Assembly (NCBI GenBank): GCA_036446455.1
Contig: JAZFSZ010000098.1
Coordinates: forward strand, 61 to 64,060
Length of the DNA: 64,000 nucleotides
Source of the DNA: Acidiferrobacterales bacterium
Lineage (GTDB): Bacteria; Pseudomonadota; Gammaproteobacteria; Acidiferrobacterales; JAJDNE01
Direction of reading: 5' to 3'
The position numbers and the translations under genes are program-made. This document shows positions 21,611-31,280 of this stretch, piece by piece. The notes under the pieces were generated by a model. That model was not told the DNA's origin, did no database searches, and saw nothing but the letters and a program-made list of their open reading frames with translations. How positions within the stretch are numbered: the first letter of the stretch is position 1; the number at the start of each line of letters is the position of its first letter.

Positions 21611-24600
21611 ATGAGACGCAGGCTTTTGCGTGCCGCAGGTTTTGCCTCGCGATGGATGTCTTATGCCGGGGCGGCAGTGCTGTTGTTGGGCGTAGTCAGC
21701 TATGTCGCCGCACGTTTGTGGTTGCCGTCGCTACTGGTTGACAAATCCCGGATTGAAAAATCTTTAACCGATCTGTCGGGTCAGACCGTCCAGATTGAAC
21801 ATATACAGCCTCACTGGGACGGTATCTTTCCCGGTGTTGCGGTGAGCGGTGTCAGGGTGTTTTCCGGGAATGCGCGCAGCCCCTCGATTATTCTGGAGCA
21901 GGTGCGCGTCACCATTTCCCTCCTGTCCCTGTTGCAAGGCAAGTTCGGTATCCATCGTCTGGTGGTGGTACGTCCGCATATTGCACTTGAGCGACTGGCA
22001 GACAATCGATTCCGCATTAGTGGCTACACCACCAGTGGGTCCCGGGCCAGGACACCGAACGGTCGGTTTATAGAGTGGCTGTTTGAACAAAAAGAGCTGA
22101 CTATCGAAGACGGTACGTTGCAATGGCTGGATCACAAGGCGAGCAAGCCTGAACCTTATTATTTACTCGGTGTGAATCTGTCCCTGTCCAATGCAGGTCA
22201 GCGTCATCGTCTGGTATTTAATGCCGATTTCCCCGCTGATCTTTGTATCCATTGTGCAATTGATATTGATATCGAGGGCAATCCACTGCTGGGTGATGAC
22301 TGGGGTGGGCGTGTCACAATCAATGCCGTCGGCCTGGATCTCGCCGGTCTGCCGGAGGCGGTGAAAAACAGTTTGCCACCTATGTTGAAAGGACGTTTTG
22401 ATCTGCAACTCAGTACCCAATGGGTACATGGTCGCCTGCGCGTGGCCCAGGGCAACATCGATGCTTTTGGACTACGTATTCCGGCATTGGTGTCCAAAGA
22501 GCCATTGTTAGTGGATCGTTTGCGTGGTTATGTGCGCTGGCAGGGCAAGGCGGGGGGTTGGCGCATGGATGTTGATAATGCGTTGATCGGACTCGGTGGA
22601 GAGCCGTGGTCGGCAGGTCACTTGCGGCTGGACCATAACCCCGATATCACCCACGCGCGTATACAACATGTTTCCGTTGACCAACTGGTTAGCTTCAGCC
22701 GCCATTTCGATGTGCCGCAGAGGGTACGTTTCTACCTCGATGGATTAAATCCATCTGGTAGCATCAATGACTTGCTGATCAAGTGGGATCGTCGTGCCGA
22801 TGCGGAATCGAGGTTCTATCTCAAATCACGATTGTCGAATATCACCGTCCGCCAATTTGGCAAGCTGCCGGGCATCGAGGGGCTCAGCGGACGTCTGGTG
22901 TTGGCGCCGACCCGTGGTGACTTGTATCTAGATACGCGCGATGGCTCGCTGAGTTTGCCCCATGTTTTCCGTGAGAAAATTTCTGTCCGGCGTCTTCTGG
23001 GGCAGGTTCACTGGGATAAAAGGGAGGACCACTGGGAGATTACCGCACAGGATATTCGCCTGACGGGTGACGCCGTGGCGCGAGGCAATCTGTTATTGCG
23101 GCTGCCATTTGACCGCACCTCTCCCCATCTCAAGCTACGCTTTGATTTCAATAGTGCCAATATCAGGACCGCCGGCAAGTACTACCCGGTTAATCGAATG
23201 CGTCCCACACTGCTGGACTGGTTGGACAAATCGGTTATCTCCGGTTACGGCGTCCGCGGTCATGTGGTGCTCGATGGCGAGATGCGCAAATTCCCCTTTC
23301 GTGATGGCAGTGGCACGTTTGAGGTACGGGCAGATATCAGGGATGCGGTGTTTAATTATCTCGACGGCTGGACACCCGTTACCGGCGCCGAGCTCACTCT
23401 ATTATTCCGTGGGCCAGCCATGCTGATTACGGCCCACTCTGGCTGGATCGACGATCTCGCGATCCGCGACGTAGTCGTACAAAAACAGGACCTGAGGAAT
23501 CGACAGGAACCGATCAAGGTCTCCATGCGAGCAACGGGTCCGGCCGAGGCGACCCTGGCGGTGTTACGCGCATCCCCCATGGCAACACGAAACGACGTCT
23601 GGAGGCGATTCCTGGCACCTGGACTAGAGGCCCAGGGGCCCGGTGCGTTAACCATGCAAATCACGATATTCCCCACCCGGCCAAAAGAAATGCGTTTGCA
23701 GGGTGAGTATCGTTTTCAGGGCAGTCAAATCGATACCCCAATCGCCGGTTTTCAGTTAAAAAATGTTCATGGCCATATTCGATTCGACGAGAAAGGGATT
23801 ATCGACGGCAGGCTTGATTCCACTTTCCTGGGTGAACCGACTGCAATTGCGGTTCTGGGCAAACAGGGCAAGGATCAGTCACGGACCGTGTTTCGTGTCA
23901 GCGGCGTGTTAAGCGCAAAAGGTCTTGCCGATCATTTTGGTGGTGGGCTGGATAAATTTCTTTCCGGGCGTGCCGTGTGGGACGGCGAGCTGGAGTTCAC
24001 CGGCCATGGGCCCCAGTTTTTTATCCGTTCCGATCTGGCCGGCATGCAAACCGCCTTGCCCGAGCCCTACCGCAATCTGGGAACGAAAACACCACAAGTG
24101 GTTCTGGAAACGATAGAGAGCGACCGCAACGCCCATCGCATGCGCGTCCAGCTGGGCAGCAACAGTCATGGTGTGCTGGATTTCAAAAACAGCGGAGCAC
24201 GCTGGCGTTTTGCAGGCGGCCACATTGCGCTGGGGGAGACCCAGGTCGAGGTGCCGACCCACGAGGGCTTGCACGTTAGTCTGGCAGCAAGACATCTCAA
24301 CGGCGATGCCTGGGCCGCTCTGTTTTCAGGTGCTGGCGAAGGGGGGTTACCGGAATTTGTGTGGCAACTGGGCGCCACGGCAGAAGCGCTGGAAATATAC
24401 GGCCGTCGTGCCGGAAAATTTCAACTCAATCTCATGCGCCAGAAAGGTGGTTGGCAAGGCGTCATCGGTGGCGATACCCTGGAAGGCAAGATCCGGCTGT
24501 TGACCGGTGATAACGGCCGCATTGATCTCGACCTGAACCGACTGCGACTACCGCCGCAATTAGAGGCGAAACATCGCCAGCGTCTTGATCCACGTGATTT

Positions 24601-25429
24601 TCCCACACTTGCGATCAAGGCGCGGAAATTCCAGGTGGGGAAAGCGGATCTGGGCGCGCTGGATTTTTGGGGTGCGCATACTGATATCGGCTGGAAAATC
24701 CTGCATTTCAATCTGGAACGCCCGGAGATGCGCCTGTTTGCCGATGGCAGCTGGTATTACGTTGTCGGTCACGACTCCGTGGAAATGGAGTTGCAGTTAA
24801 TCAGTGACAACATGGGCAAGACGCTAGCGGCACTGGGTTTGAAAGACCAGATGCATAAAGGCAAAGTCGACCTGAAGATTGATCTACGCTGGCGCGAGGA
24901 CAGCAAACGACCGGGTCTGTCAAATATGGATGGCAAAATTGAATTGTCGGTCAAGGATGGATCGCTACTGGATGTCAAAGAGGGTATCGCGCGCCTCGCG
25001 GGTGCGCTCAATCTTTCCTCGTTTGGCAAATACTTGACACTCAATTTTGATCCAGCCATCGGTAAAGGTTTCGTCTTCAGTGATATCTCCGGCCGCATCG
25101 CAATTAAAAATGGTGATGCCTATACTGATGCCTTTTCCGTGCGTGGATCAGCGGCAGATATTATTATCCGTGGGCGCATCGGGCTGGTGAAAGAAGATTT
25201 CGATCTGGTAGCGGATATCTATCCAGACCTGCGAGGCGGGGTCACCGTGGCTGCTGGCTGGTTGTGGGGGCCGGCAACAGCGGCATGGATTCTTGCGATT
25301 CAAGAGTTGTTGAAGAAGGAAATCGCCGAGGGCACGCGCATTACCTACAACATTACCGGGAAATGGCAATCCCCCAAGATCGTAAAGCATATACGTAAAC
25401 CCGCGGTTAACGAGGAATCTGATGAATAG
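21611..25429 (+). CDS. yhdP: YhdP-family (AsmA-like) large envelope protein
   Basis: 1272 aa with an N-terminal membrane anchor. Size and position directly downstream of rng match E. coli yhdP. Assigned by size and synteny only, with no catalytic motif. Confidence 0.8.
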   Translation: MRRRLLRAAGFASRWMSYAGAAVLLLGVVSYVAARLWLPSLLVDKSRIEKSLTDLSGQTVQIEHIQPHWDGIFPGVAVSGVRVFSGNARSPSIILEQVRVTISLLSLLQGKFGIHRLVVVRPHIALERLADNRFRISGYTTSGSRARTPNGRFIEWLFEQKELTIEDGTLQWLDHKASKPEPYYLLGVNLSLSNAGQRHRLVFNADFPADLCIHCAIDIDIEGNPLLGDDWGGRVTINAVGLDLAGLPEAVKNSLPPMLKGRFDLQLSTQWVHGRLRVAQGNIDAFGLRIPALVSKEPLLVDRLRGYVRWQGKAGGWRMDVDNALIGLGGEPWSAGHLRLDHNPDITHARIQHVSVDQLVSFSRHFDVPQRVRFYLDGLNPSGSINDLLIKWDRRADAESRFYLKSRLSNITVRQFGKLPGIEGLSGRLVLAPTRGDLYLDTRDGSLSLPHVFREKISVRRLLGQVHWDKREDHWEITAQDIRLTGDAVARGNLLLRLPFDRTSPHLKLRFDFNSANIRTAGKYYPVNRMRPTLLDWLDKSVISGYGVRGHVVLDGEMRKFPFRDGSGTFEVRADIRDAVFNYLDGWTPVTGAELTLLFRGPAMLITAHSGWIDDLAIRDVVVQKQDLRNRQEPIKVSMRATGPAEATLAVLRASPMATRNDVWRRFLAPGLEAQGPGALTMQITIFPTRPKEMRLQGEYRFQGSQIDTPIAGFQLKNVHGHIRFDEKGIIDGRLDSTFLGEPTAIAVLGKQGKDQSRTVFRVSGVLSAKGLADHFGGGLDKFLSGRAVWDGELEFTGHGPQFFIRSDLAGMQTALPEPYRNLGTKTPQVVLETIESDRNAHRMRVQLGSNSHGVLDFKNSGARWRFAGGHIALGETQVEVPTHEGLHVSLAARHLNGDAWAALFSGAGEGGLPEFVWQLGATAEALEIYGRRAGKFQLNLMRQKGGWQGVIGGDTLEGKIRLLTGDNGRIDLDLNRLRLPPQLEAKHRQRLDPRDFPTLAIKARKFQVGKADLGALDFWGAHTDIGWKILHFNLERPEMRLFADGSWYYVVGHDSVEMELQLISDNMGKTLAALGLKDQMHKGKVDLKIDLRWREDSKRPGLSNMDGKIELSVKDGSLLDVKEGIARLAGALNLSSFGKYLTLNFDPAIGKGFVFSDISGRIAIKNGDAYTDAFSVRGSAADIIIRGRIGLVKEDFDLVADIYPDLRGGVTVAAGWLWGPATAAWILAIQELLKKEIAEGTRITYNITGKWQSPKIVKHIRKPAVNEESDE

Positions 25430-25467
25430 GCAACCGCGCGGTGCTAAAGTAAGGTGTTGAAGCGGGG

Positions 25468-25818
25468 ATGTCGGGGTTGATGAAAACAGCCGGTATTTTT
25501 CGATGGCTGGTGTTGGCGGGCATGAGCTGCGGTGCAATGGTTGCCCACGCAGATGGTTTCGAGATCAGTGCTGAACAGTGGGCGAGACCCAGAAGCGGCG
25601 AACGCATCGTTGCATTGATATCGCTTCAAAAACTGGTGCGGCATCTGGATGAGCGAGCGGCCGCGGTGGTGATCATACGTTATGCCGGTGGAGATGAAGG
25701 CCTGTTATGGGCAGAAGAATTGCGTGGCTGGTTTGTTGCCCTGGGGATACCGGGTGACCGGTTGCGGTTGCGCGCTGGTTTGCCGGCCCGCGATCGATTG
25801 GTGCTGGAAATGGAATAA
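25468..25818 (+). CDS. Small exported hypothetical protein
   Basis: 116-aa ORF (or ATG 25480). Signal peptide MKTAGIFRWLVLAGMSCGAMVAHA. The C-terminal part (VVIIRYAGGDEG..AEELRGWFVALGIPGDRLRL) is loosely OmpA-C-like by eye only. Confidence 0.5.
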   Translation: MSGLMKTAGIFRWLVLAGMSCGAMVAHADGFEISAEQWARPRSGERIVALISLQKLVRHLDERAAAVVIIRYAGGDEGLLWAEELRGWFVALGIPGDRLRLRAGLPARDRLVLEME

Positions 25819-25854
25819 ATTTGGAAACCGAATAAGTAGCGACAGGAGCAGGAT

Positions 25855-26679
25855 TTGAAATTAGCAGCTGCAATTCAAATGGCGTCGGGTCCAAATTTGG
25901 GGGCCAACTTGACGGAGGCCAGCCGGCTGATCGCCAGCGCCGCCAGTTCAGGCGCCGGTCTGGTGGTGCTGCCCGAAAACTTTGCGTTGATGCCGATGAA
26001 AGAGTCAGATCGTCTGCAGGTAGCTGAGCCCCATGGTGACGGCCAGCTTCAGGATTTCCTGGCCACCCATGCACGTGAGCACGGCCTGTGGATCGTCGGT
26101 GGCACCATTCCCGTTACAGCAAACGATAAGCAGAAAGTATGTCCCGCATGCCTTGTCTACAATGACAAAGGCGAGAATGTCGCGCGTTATGACAAGATGC
26201 ATCTGTTTGATGTGAATCTTGAGAATGGCGAGGAATATCATGAATCGGCTAACCAGGAACCGGGTGATCAGACTGTGGTTATCGATACACCATTTGGGAA
26301 ACTGGGCCTGGCGGTTTGCTATGATTTGCGTTTTCCCGAACTGTTTCGTCGCATGCTCGATGAGGGAGCCGAGCTCTTTGCCGTTCCCTCGGCGTTTACC
26401 GAAATTACAGGTAAGGCGCATTGGGAAGTGCTGGTGCGCGCCCGTGCCATTGAAAATCTGGCCTACGTGATTGCTGCCGATCAAGGTGGTTACCATGTCA
26501 ACGGTCGTGAAACCCATGGCGACAGCATGATTGTCGGCCCCTGGGGTTTGATACATGATCGTCTGGCGCGCGGTTCCGGTGTCGTGATCGCTGAGATTGA
26601 TCTCAAACGCATAACATCCATACGCAACAGTCTTCCCAGTATCCAGCACCGCCGCATACGATTCGAGCATAGCGTCTGA
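25855..26679 (+). CDS. Carbon-nitrogen hydrolase (nitrilase superfamily) protein
   Basis: 274 aa, TTG start. Glu-Lys-Cys triad contexts VVLPENF, YDKMHLFD, GLAVCYDLRFPE. A C-N hydrolase downstream of yhdP is also seen in Pseudomonas, as I recall. Confidence 0.85.
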   Translation: MKLAAAIQMASGPNLGANLTEASRLIASAASSGAGLVVLPENFALMPMKESDRLQVAEPHGDGQLQDFLATHAREHGLWIVGGTIPVTANDKQKVCPACLVYNDKGENVARYDKMHLFDVNLENGEEYHESANQEPGDQTVVIDTPFGKLGLAVCYDLRFPELFRRMLDEGAELFAVPSAFTEITGKAHWEVLVRARAIENLAYVIAADQGGYHVNGRETHGDSMIVGPWGLIHDRLARGSGVVIAEIDLKRITSIRNSLPSIQHRRIRFEHSV

Positions 26680-26821
26680 CGTCGTCAGCGCGCCATCACT
26701 TCACTTTTTAAGGTAAATGACCCTACGTGTTTATCCACGCATGGCAATGTTAAGATTGTTATACACTGAGTAGATCGGAACTCACTGAATCCAATAACAA
26801 TGATGTATCGGCAATCGACAC

Positions 26822-28174
26822 ATGGAAGATAAGGTGCTTAACAGAACCGATTCCCTGGCAGCGATGCTCCTCGCCCTGGACGCCGACAGCAATGATGCTA
26901 TTCGCAAGGTAGTGGAGGAGCTGCATCCGGCTGATGTTGGCGATTTGCTCGAGAGTCTGCCGCCTGATAACCGTTATCGCGTGTTGGCGGAAATCCCCAG
27001 ATTCCTGATCGGCGAAACCCTGATGGAGTTACCGGACAGCATCCGTGTCGATCTGGTCAGTGAAATGGATCAGGCGGATCTGGTTGCGGCGGCACAAACC
27101 CTTGATACCGATGATATTGCTGACCTGATTCCGGATTTACCGGACGAGGTGATCGCACAGATTCTGTCTGCGCTGGACCAGCAGGATCGCGAGCGTCTGG
27201 ATGCCGTTTTGTCGTTCCCGGAAGATACCGCCGGCGGTCTCATGAATGTGGATACCATCACTGTCCGTGAGAATCTGTCGCTGGAAGTGGTGTTACATTA
27301 TCTGCGTGGTCGCGGCGAGATGCCGGATGATACGAATAAACTGTTTGTGGTTGATCGCAAGGATCATCTTGTTGGAAATCTGTATATCAGCAAGTTGTTG
27401 ACGACGGACCCCAGGCAGCGCGTGGGTGCCGTCATGGACCGGGAGCCGGTCAAGTTTGATGCCTTGATTACGGACAACGAAGTGGCGGCCGCGTTCGAGC
27501 GCTATAACCTGATCAGTGCGCCTGTTGTTGACAGCGAGAATCGTCTGCTGGGTCGTATCACCATTGATGACGTCGTCGATGTGATTCGTGAAGAGGCGGA
27601 TCACTCGGTGATGGCGCCGGCCGGTCTCAGTGAGGGAGAGGATATTTTTGCACCCGTGGCGCGCAGTAGCCGCAAGCGGGCGTTGTGGCTGGGTGTTAAT
27701 CTCATTACTGCCGTGGTGGCATCCATGGTGATTGGATTCTTCGAAGACACTATTCAGAAGATCGTGGCGTTGGCGGTATTAATGCCCATTGTTGCCAGTA
27801 TGGGCGGTAATGCCGGTACCCAGACCGTTGTGCTGGTGGTGCGTGGCCTGGCCCTGGGGACCATTACCCGTGGCAACACGCGGCAGCTGTTGCTTAAGGA
27901 AATGATGGTCAGTGTGGTAAACAGCATGTTGTGGGCGCTGGTAGTGGCCCTGGTGGCGGTCGCATGGTACCGGGACCCGGTACTGGGGCTTGTGATTGCC
28001 CTGGCCATGATGATCAATCTGATGGTGGCGGCATTGTTCGGGGTAATCATCCCGATCATGCTCCGGCGCGTTGGTGTTGATCCGGCACTGGCCAGTGGTG
28101 TCATGCTGACGGCAATTACCGATGTCGTCGGTTTTTTCTCTTTTCTTGGTCTGGCGGCACTGCTATTGCTTTAG
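26822..28174 (+). CDS. mgtE: Magnesium transporter MgtE
   Basis: 450 aa. MgtE N-domain, CBS pair, and a 5-TM C-terminal domain with the PIVASMGGNAGTQ motif. Confidence 0.95.
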   Translation: MEDKVLNRTDSLAAMLLALDADSNDAIRKVVEELHPADVGDLLESLPPDNRYRVLAEIPRFLIGETLMELPDSIRVDLVSEMDQADLVAAAQTLDTDDIADLIPDLPDEVIAQILSALDQQDRERLDAVLSFPEDTAGGLMNVDTITVRENLSLEVVLHYLRGRGEMPDDTNKLFVVDRKDHLVGNLYISKLLTTDPRQRVGAVMDREPVKFDALITDNEVAAAFERYNLISAPVVDSENRLLGRITIDDVVDVIREEADHSVMAPAGLSEGEDIFAPVARSSRKRALWLGVNLITAVVASMVIGFFEDTIQKIVALAVLMPIVASMGGNAGTQTVVLVVRGLALGTITRGNTRQLLLKEMMVSVVNSMLWALVVALVAVAWYRDPVLGLVIALAMMINLMVAALFGVIIPIMLRRVGVDPALASGVMLTAITDVVGFFSFLGLAALLLL

Positions 28175-28456
28175 TGCCACCGTGATAAAGGTTTCTCCTG
28201 TCTCGTTGCAGGGCGAAACCGGAATTATCGATTTCCCCGGCTGCTTCATTTTCCGGGTACTCCCATGATGGAAAAATACCGGTATGTCCATTGTGACAAG
28301 CCGCCTGCCAGCAGGTTTATGCTGATTCGTGGCTCTGGATGCGGGGTGCCACCACAGGGAACCTGAAATCGACCTTTTATCGGCTGGTCGTGGAGCAGGT
28401 CGGACCGCTGTGCCATTCTAGGATAGAGCAGTCTCGAGAATAGATGGTACGCAGCG

Positions 28457-28861
28457 ATGGTTCCTAATATCCTGAAAATACTTACCAAGGCGATTAAAGA
28501 GCGCCGCTGCGCCGCTGTGCGCTATCACGATCAGCGCGAGGTCCGCATCGTTGAGCCCCACGCCATCTACACTAACGAGCGTGGCGAACTGGTTGTAGAC
28601 TGTTATCAGACAAGAGGGTATTCGTCCTCGAGTCGACCGCCTCCGTTCTGGCGCCCGTTTCGGCTAAAACGCATTGCTGCTATCTCCCTGCTGAAGGAAA
28701 ATTTTGAAATCCGCAAGGCAGAGGGTTTCAGTGCCAATCGCGTCAAGTATCGCAATGGTTTAGTCGCTATTGTTGAGCAACAGCGTCCGTCCTATCTCTA
28801 TCCGGAACATGTGCTGCATGAAATGGGCCCGTTCTTGCCGACCCGCATAAGTCGCAACTGA
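28457..28861 (+). CDS. Hypothetical small protein, WYL-domain-like
   Basis: 134 aa. AAVRYHDQREVRIVEPHAIYTNERGELVVDCYQTRG ... WRPFRLKRIAAISLL matches the WYL-domain pattern by eye (R-x-V-x-P, aromatic strand, F-R-L-x-R-I). No HTH or other domain is attached. Confidence 0.55.
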   Translation: MVPNILKILTKAIKERRCAAVRYHDQREVRIVEPHAIYTNERGELVVDCYQTRGYSSSSRPPPFWRPFRLKRIAAISLLKENFEIRKAEGFSANRVKYRNGLVAIVEQQRPSYLYPEHVLHEMGPFLPTRISRN

Positions 28862-30604
28862 CTATACCCCGCCGTTTTCCTCGTTGGCGCCGTCGACCAG
28901 ATCATGTAACTCGCGGATATCGTGCGTTGACATCACTTTACGTGCAAAACGTTTCAGTGATGCAATATCTGATTCACAAATAATCTTTTTGACTTCCAGC
29001 AGAGTTGCCGGGTGCATACTGAACTCGGCCAGTCCCAGGCCCAGTAACAAGCGGGTATAGCGGATATCACCGGCCATTTCCCCGCACATGGCTACAGGAA
29101 TGCCTGCCTCTTTGCCTGCGTCTATGGTTGTTGCAATCAACCGCAGCACTGAAGGGTGTAAAGGGTCATAGAGATAGTTCACGGCGTCGTCAACACGATC
29201 AATGGCGAGCGTGTATTGGATGAGATCATTGGTACCGATGGATAGGAAATCAAGATGGGGGGCAAACAGGTCTGCTGATATGGCCGCTGCCGGCACCTCG
29301 ATCATGCCACCGATATCGATATCACCATCGAAGGCGCGCCCCTCCTGACGCAATTCCTGTTTCAATTCATCAATTAATTCCAGCACACGCATCAGTTCGC
29401 CGACACTTGACAGCATCGGGATCATTATCTTGACAATGCCGTGGGCGGCCGTGCGCAGTATGGCGCGCAATTGCGGCCGAAACAGCGATGGATCATGCAG
29501 GCATAGTCTGATAGCGCGCAAACCCAGGGCGGGGTTAATTGCCACAGGACCTGTGCTGGCGCCACCATCCACTTGCTTGTCTGCGCCAAGATCCAGCGTT
29601 CGAATCGTTACCGGAAGGCCATTCATGGCCTTAACCACCTTGCTATAGTTGCGGTATTGCTCTTCCTCCGTTGGCGGCTGCGGCCGATTCATGAACATAA
29701 ACTCGGTACGATAGAGTCCGATCCCATCGGCCGAAGCATTGGTGGCTGCCTTCACATCGGCGGTTAGCTCAATGTTGGCCAGCAGGTGGATGGCTCGACC
29801 GTCCAGGCTTCTGGATTCGGCCATGCGCAGCGAATCCAGCTCCCGCTTTAACTGCGTAATCTTGCGTTTGCGTCGGCGGTACTCTTTTTCGATGGCATCA
29901 TCGGGATCGACAATCAGGACTCCGCGTTTGCCATCAATGATAAGCATCTGATTATTGCGAATAAATTGTGTCGCATTATGAGTGGAGACAATCGCCGGGA
30001 TGCCCAGGCTACGCGCGAGGATAGCGGTATGGGAAATCGGTCCGCCCAGATCGGTTACAAATGCCTTGATGTGATTGTGTTTGAGCAGAACGGTATCTGC
30101 TGGCGTCAGATCGTTGGCAACGATTATTTGACCGGCACCCGGTGCGGCATCCCGATCCATTTCCAGTGGCATGATCAGATTGCGCATGATGCGTTCAACA
30201 ACCTGATCGACATCAGTACCGCGATTACGTAGATAAGGGTCTTCCATGCTCTCGAAGATATCGCCAAGTTCCTGGCCCTGAACGCTAAGCGCCCATTCCG
30301 CATTATGCTTTTGCTTGCGTATGGCATCGATCGGTGCCGTTGATATCAGTGTGTCCGCAAGGATCAGCAGGTGGGTATCAATAAAACTGCCGGTCTCGGG
30401 CGGCGCATTGGCCGGAATATGCTCGAGCACATTTTCCAGTTGCAATCGCGCCTGCGAGACCGCTGCCTGAAAGCGCTCGACCTCTTTTTCAATCAGGACG
30501 CTCGGAACATTGTATTGCGGGATCGCTAGCCGGGAACGGCGTATGACGTGGGCCGTGCCCAGAGAAATACCACTACTGACCCCGGTGCCATGAAGTGCCA
30601 GCAC
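28862..30604 (-). CDS. ptsI: Phosphoenolpyruvate-protein phosphotransferase (PTS Enzyme I, no GAF domain)
   Basis: 580 aa, GTG start. Active-site His context GGPISHTAILARSLGIPA and a PEP-utilising C-terminal TIM barrel (IGTNDLIQYT, CGEMAG). One-nt overlap with the ptsH stop. Confidence 0.92.
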   Translation of the reverse strand: MLALHGTGVSSGISLGTAHVIRRSRLAIPQYNVPSVLIEKEVERFQAAVSQARLQLENVLEHIPANAPPETGSFIDTHLLILADTLISTAPIDAIRKQKHNAEWALSVQGQELGDIFESMEDPYLRNRGTDVDQVVERIMRNLIMPLEMDRDAAPGAGQIIVANDLTPADTVLLKHNHIKAFVTDLGGPISHTAILARSLGIPAIVSTHNATQFIRNNQMLIIDGKRGVLIVDPDDAIEKEYRRRKRKITQLKRELDSLRMAESRSLDGRAIHLLANIELTADVKAATNASADGIGLYRTEFMFMNRPQPPTEEEQYRNYSKVVKAMNGLPVTIRTLDLGADKQVDGGASTGPVAINPALGLRAIRLCLHDPSLFRPQLRAILRTAAHGIVKIMIPMLSSVGELMRVLELIDELKQELRQEGRAFDGDIDIGGMIEVPAAAISADLFAPHLDFLSIGTNDLIQYTLAIDRVDDAVNYLYDPLHPSVLRLIATTIDAGKEAGIPVAMCGEMAGDIRYTRLLLGLGLAEFSMHPATLLEVKKIICESDIASLKRFARKVMSTHDIRELHDLVDGANEENGGV

Positions 30605-30873
30605 TATTTATCCTCACCAAATAAATCGTTCACCAGACCAGACAGGGCCGTTACCGCTGTGTCTTCATCGGCACCGTCAGCACAAAGTTCCAACTCGGTT
30701 CCTTTTGCCGCAGCCAGCATCATGATTCCCATTATGCTTTTCCCGTTTACCTTTTGCCCATTCCGCGACAACGTAATATCACTGCCGTACTCGGATGCCA
30801 GTTGTACAAATTTCGCGGAAGCGCGTGCATGCAGGCCGAGTTTATTGTCAATGAGTACATCCTTGCACTTCAT
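30604..30873 (-). CDS. ptsH: Phosphocarrier protein HPr
   Basis: The ORF is open to 30921. The ATG at 30873 gives 89 aa and an ATGA overlap with the upstream gene. His15 (NKLGLHARAS) and Ser46 (NGKSIMGIM) are both present. Confidence 0.9.
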   Translation of the reverse strand: MKCKDVLIDNKLGLHARASAKFVQLASEYGSDITLSRNGQKVNGKSIMGIMMLAAAKGTELELCADGADEDTAVTALSGLVNDLFGEDK

Positions 30874-31280
30874 CCACGCATTTTCCGCAGTTCGGCCGGT
30901 CCGTTTGGCCACACCACGCATTCGCGACCGCCAGTCGCCGCTTTTTCTGCCAGTTGTTCCAGAGACAAATGGCGGTAGTTAAGCGCCCGCATCAGCATCG
31001 GCAGGCTGATACCCGTGACCAGTTCGACGCGCCCGGGTTCGAGCATGCTGCAGGCGGTATTGGTATGGGTGGAACCGTAGATGTCTGCAAGTATCAAAAC
31101 ACCGTCGCCTTCATCCAGCGTTTGTACCGATTCGCCAATCAGTGCCAGCAACTTTTCCGGCGACCGGTGGTGTGCCGCCAGGCTCAAAAGTCCTTCCGGC
31201 ATGTCACCAGCAATACTGGCGGCATCCTCAATCAGGTGTTGACCGGTATTACCGGTCGTTAGAATCAGAATGCCTATCAT
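30870..31280 (-). CDS. PTS EIIA component, mannose/fructose (EIIA-Man, PF03610-like) family
   Basis: 136 aa. MIGILILTTGNTG...DGVLILADIYGSTHTNTA...VTGISLPML follows the EIIA-Man fold pattern. Thr-Thr-Gly occupies the place of the usual Thr/Ser-His-Gly (see findings). Confidence 0.8.
   Translation of the reverse strand: MIGILILTTGNTGQHLIEDAASIAGDMPEGLLSLAAHHRSPEKLLALIGESVQTLDEGDGVLILADIYGSTHTNTACSMLEPGRVELVTGISLPMLMRALNYRHLSLEQLAEKAATGGRECVVWPNGPAELRKMRG

Noticed and set aside
26680-26821. Possible Mg-responsive leader or riboswitch upstream of mgtE
   Set aside because: I could not recognise M-box-like conserved segments or a stable terminator/antiterminator pair in the 142-nt spacer. It remains untested rather than supported.
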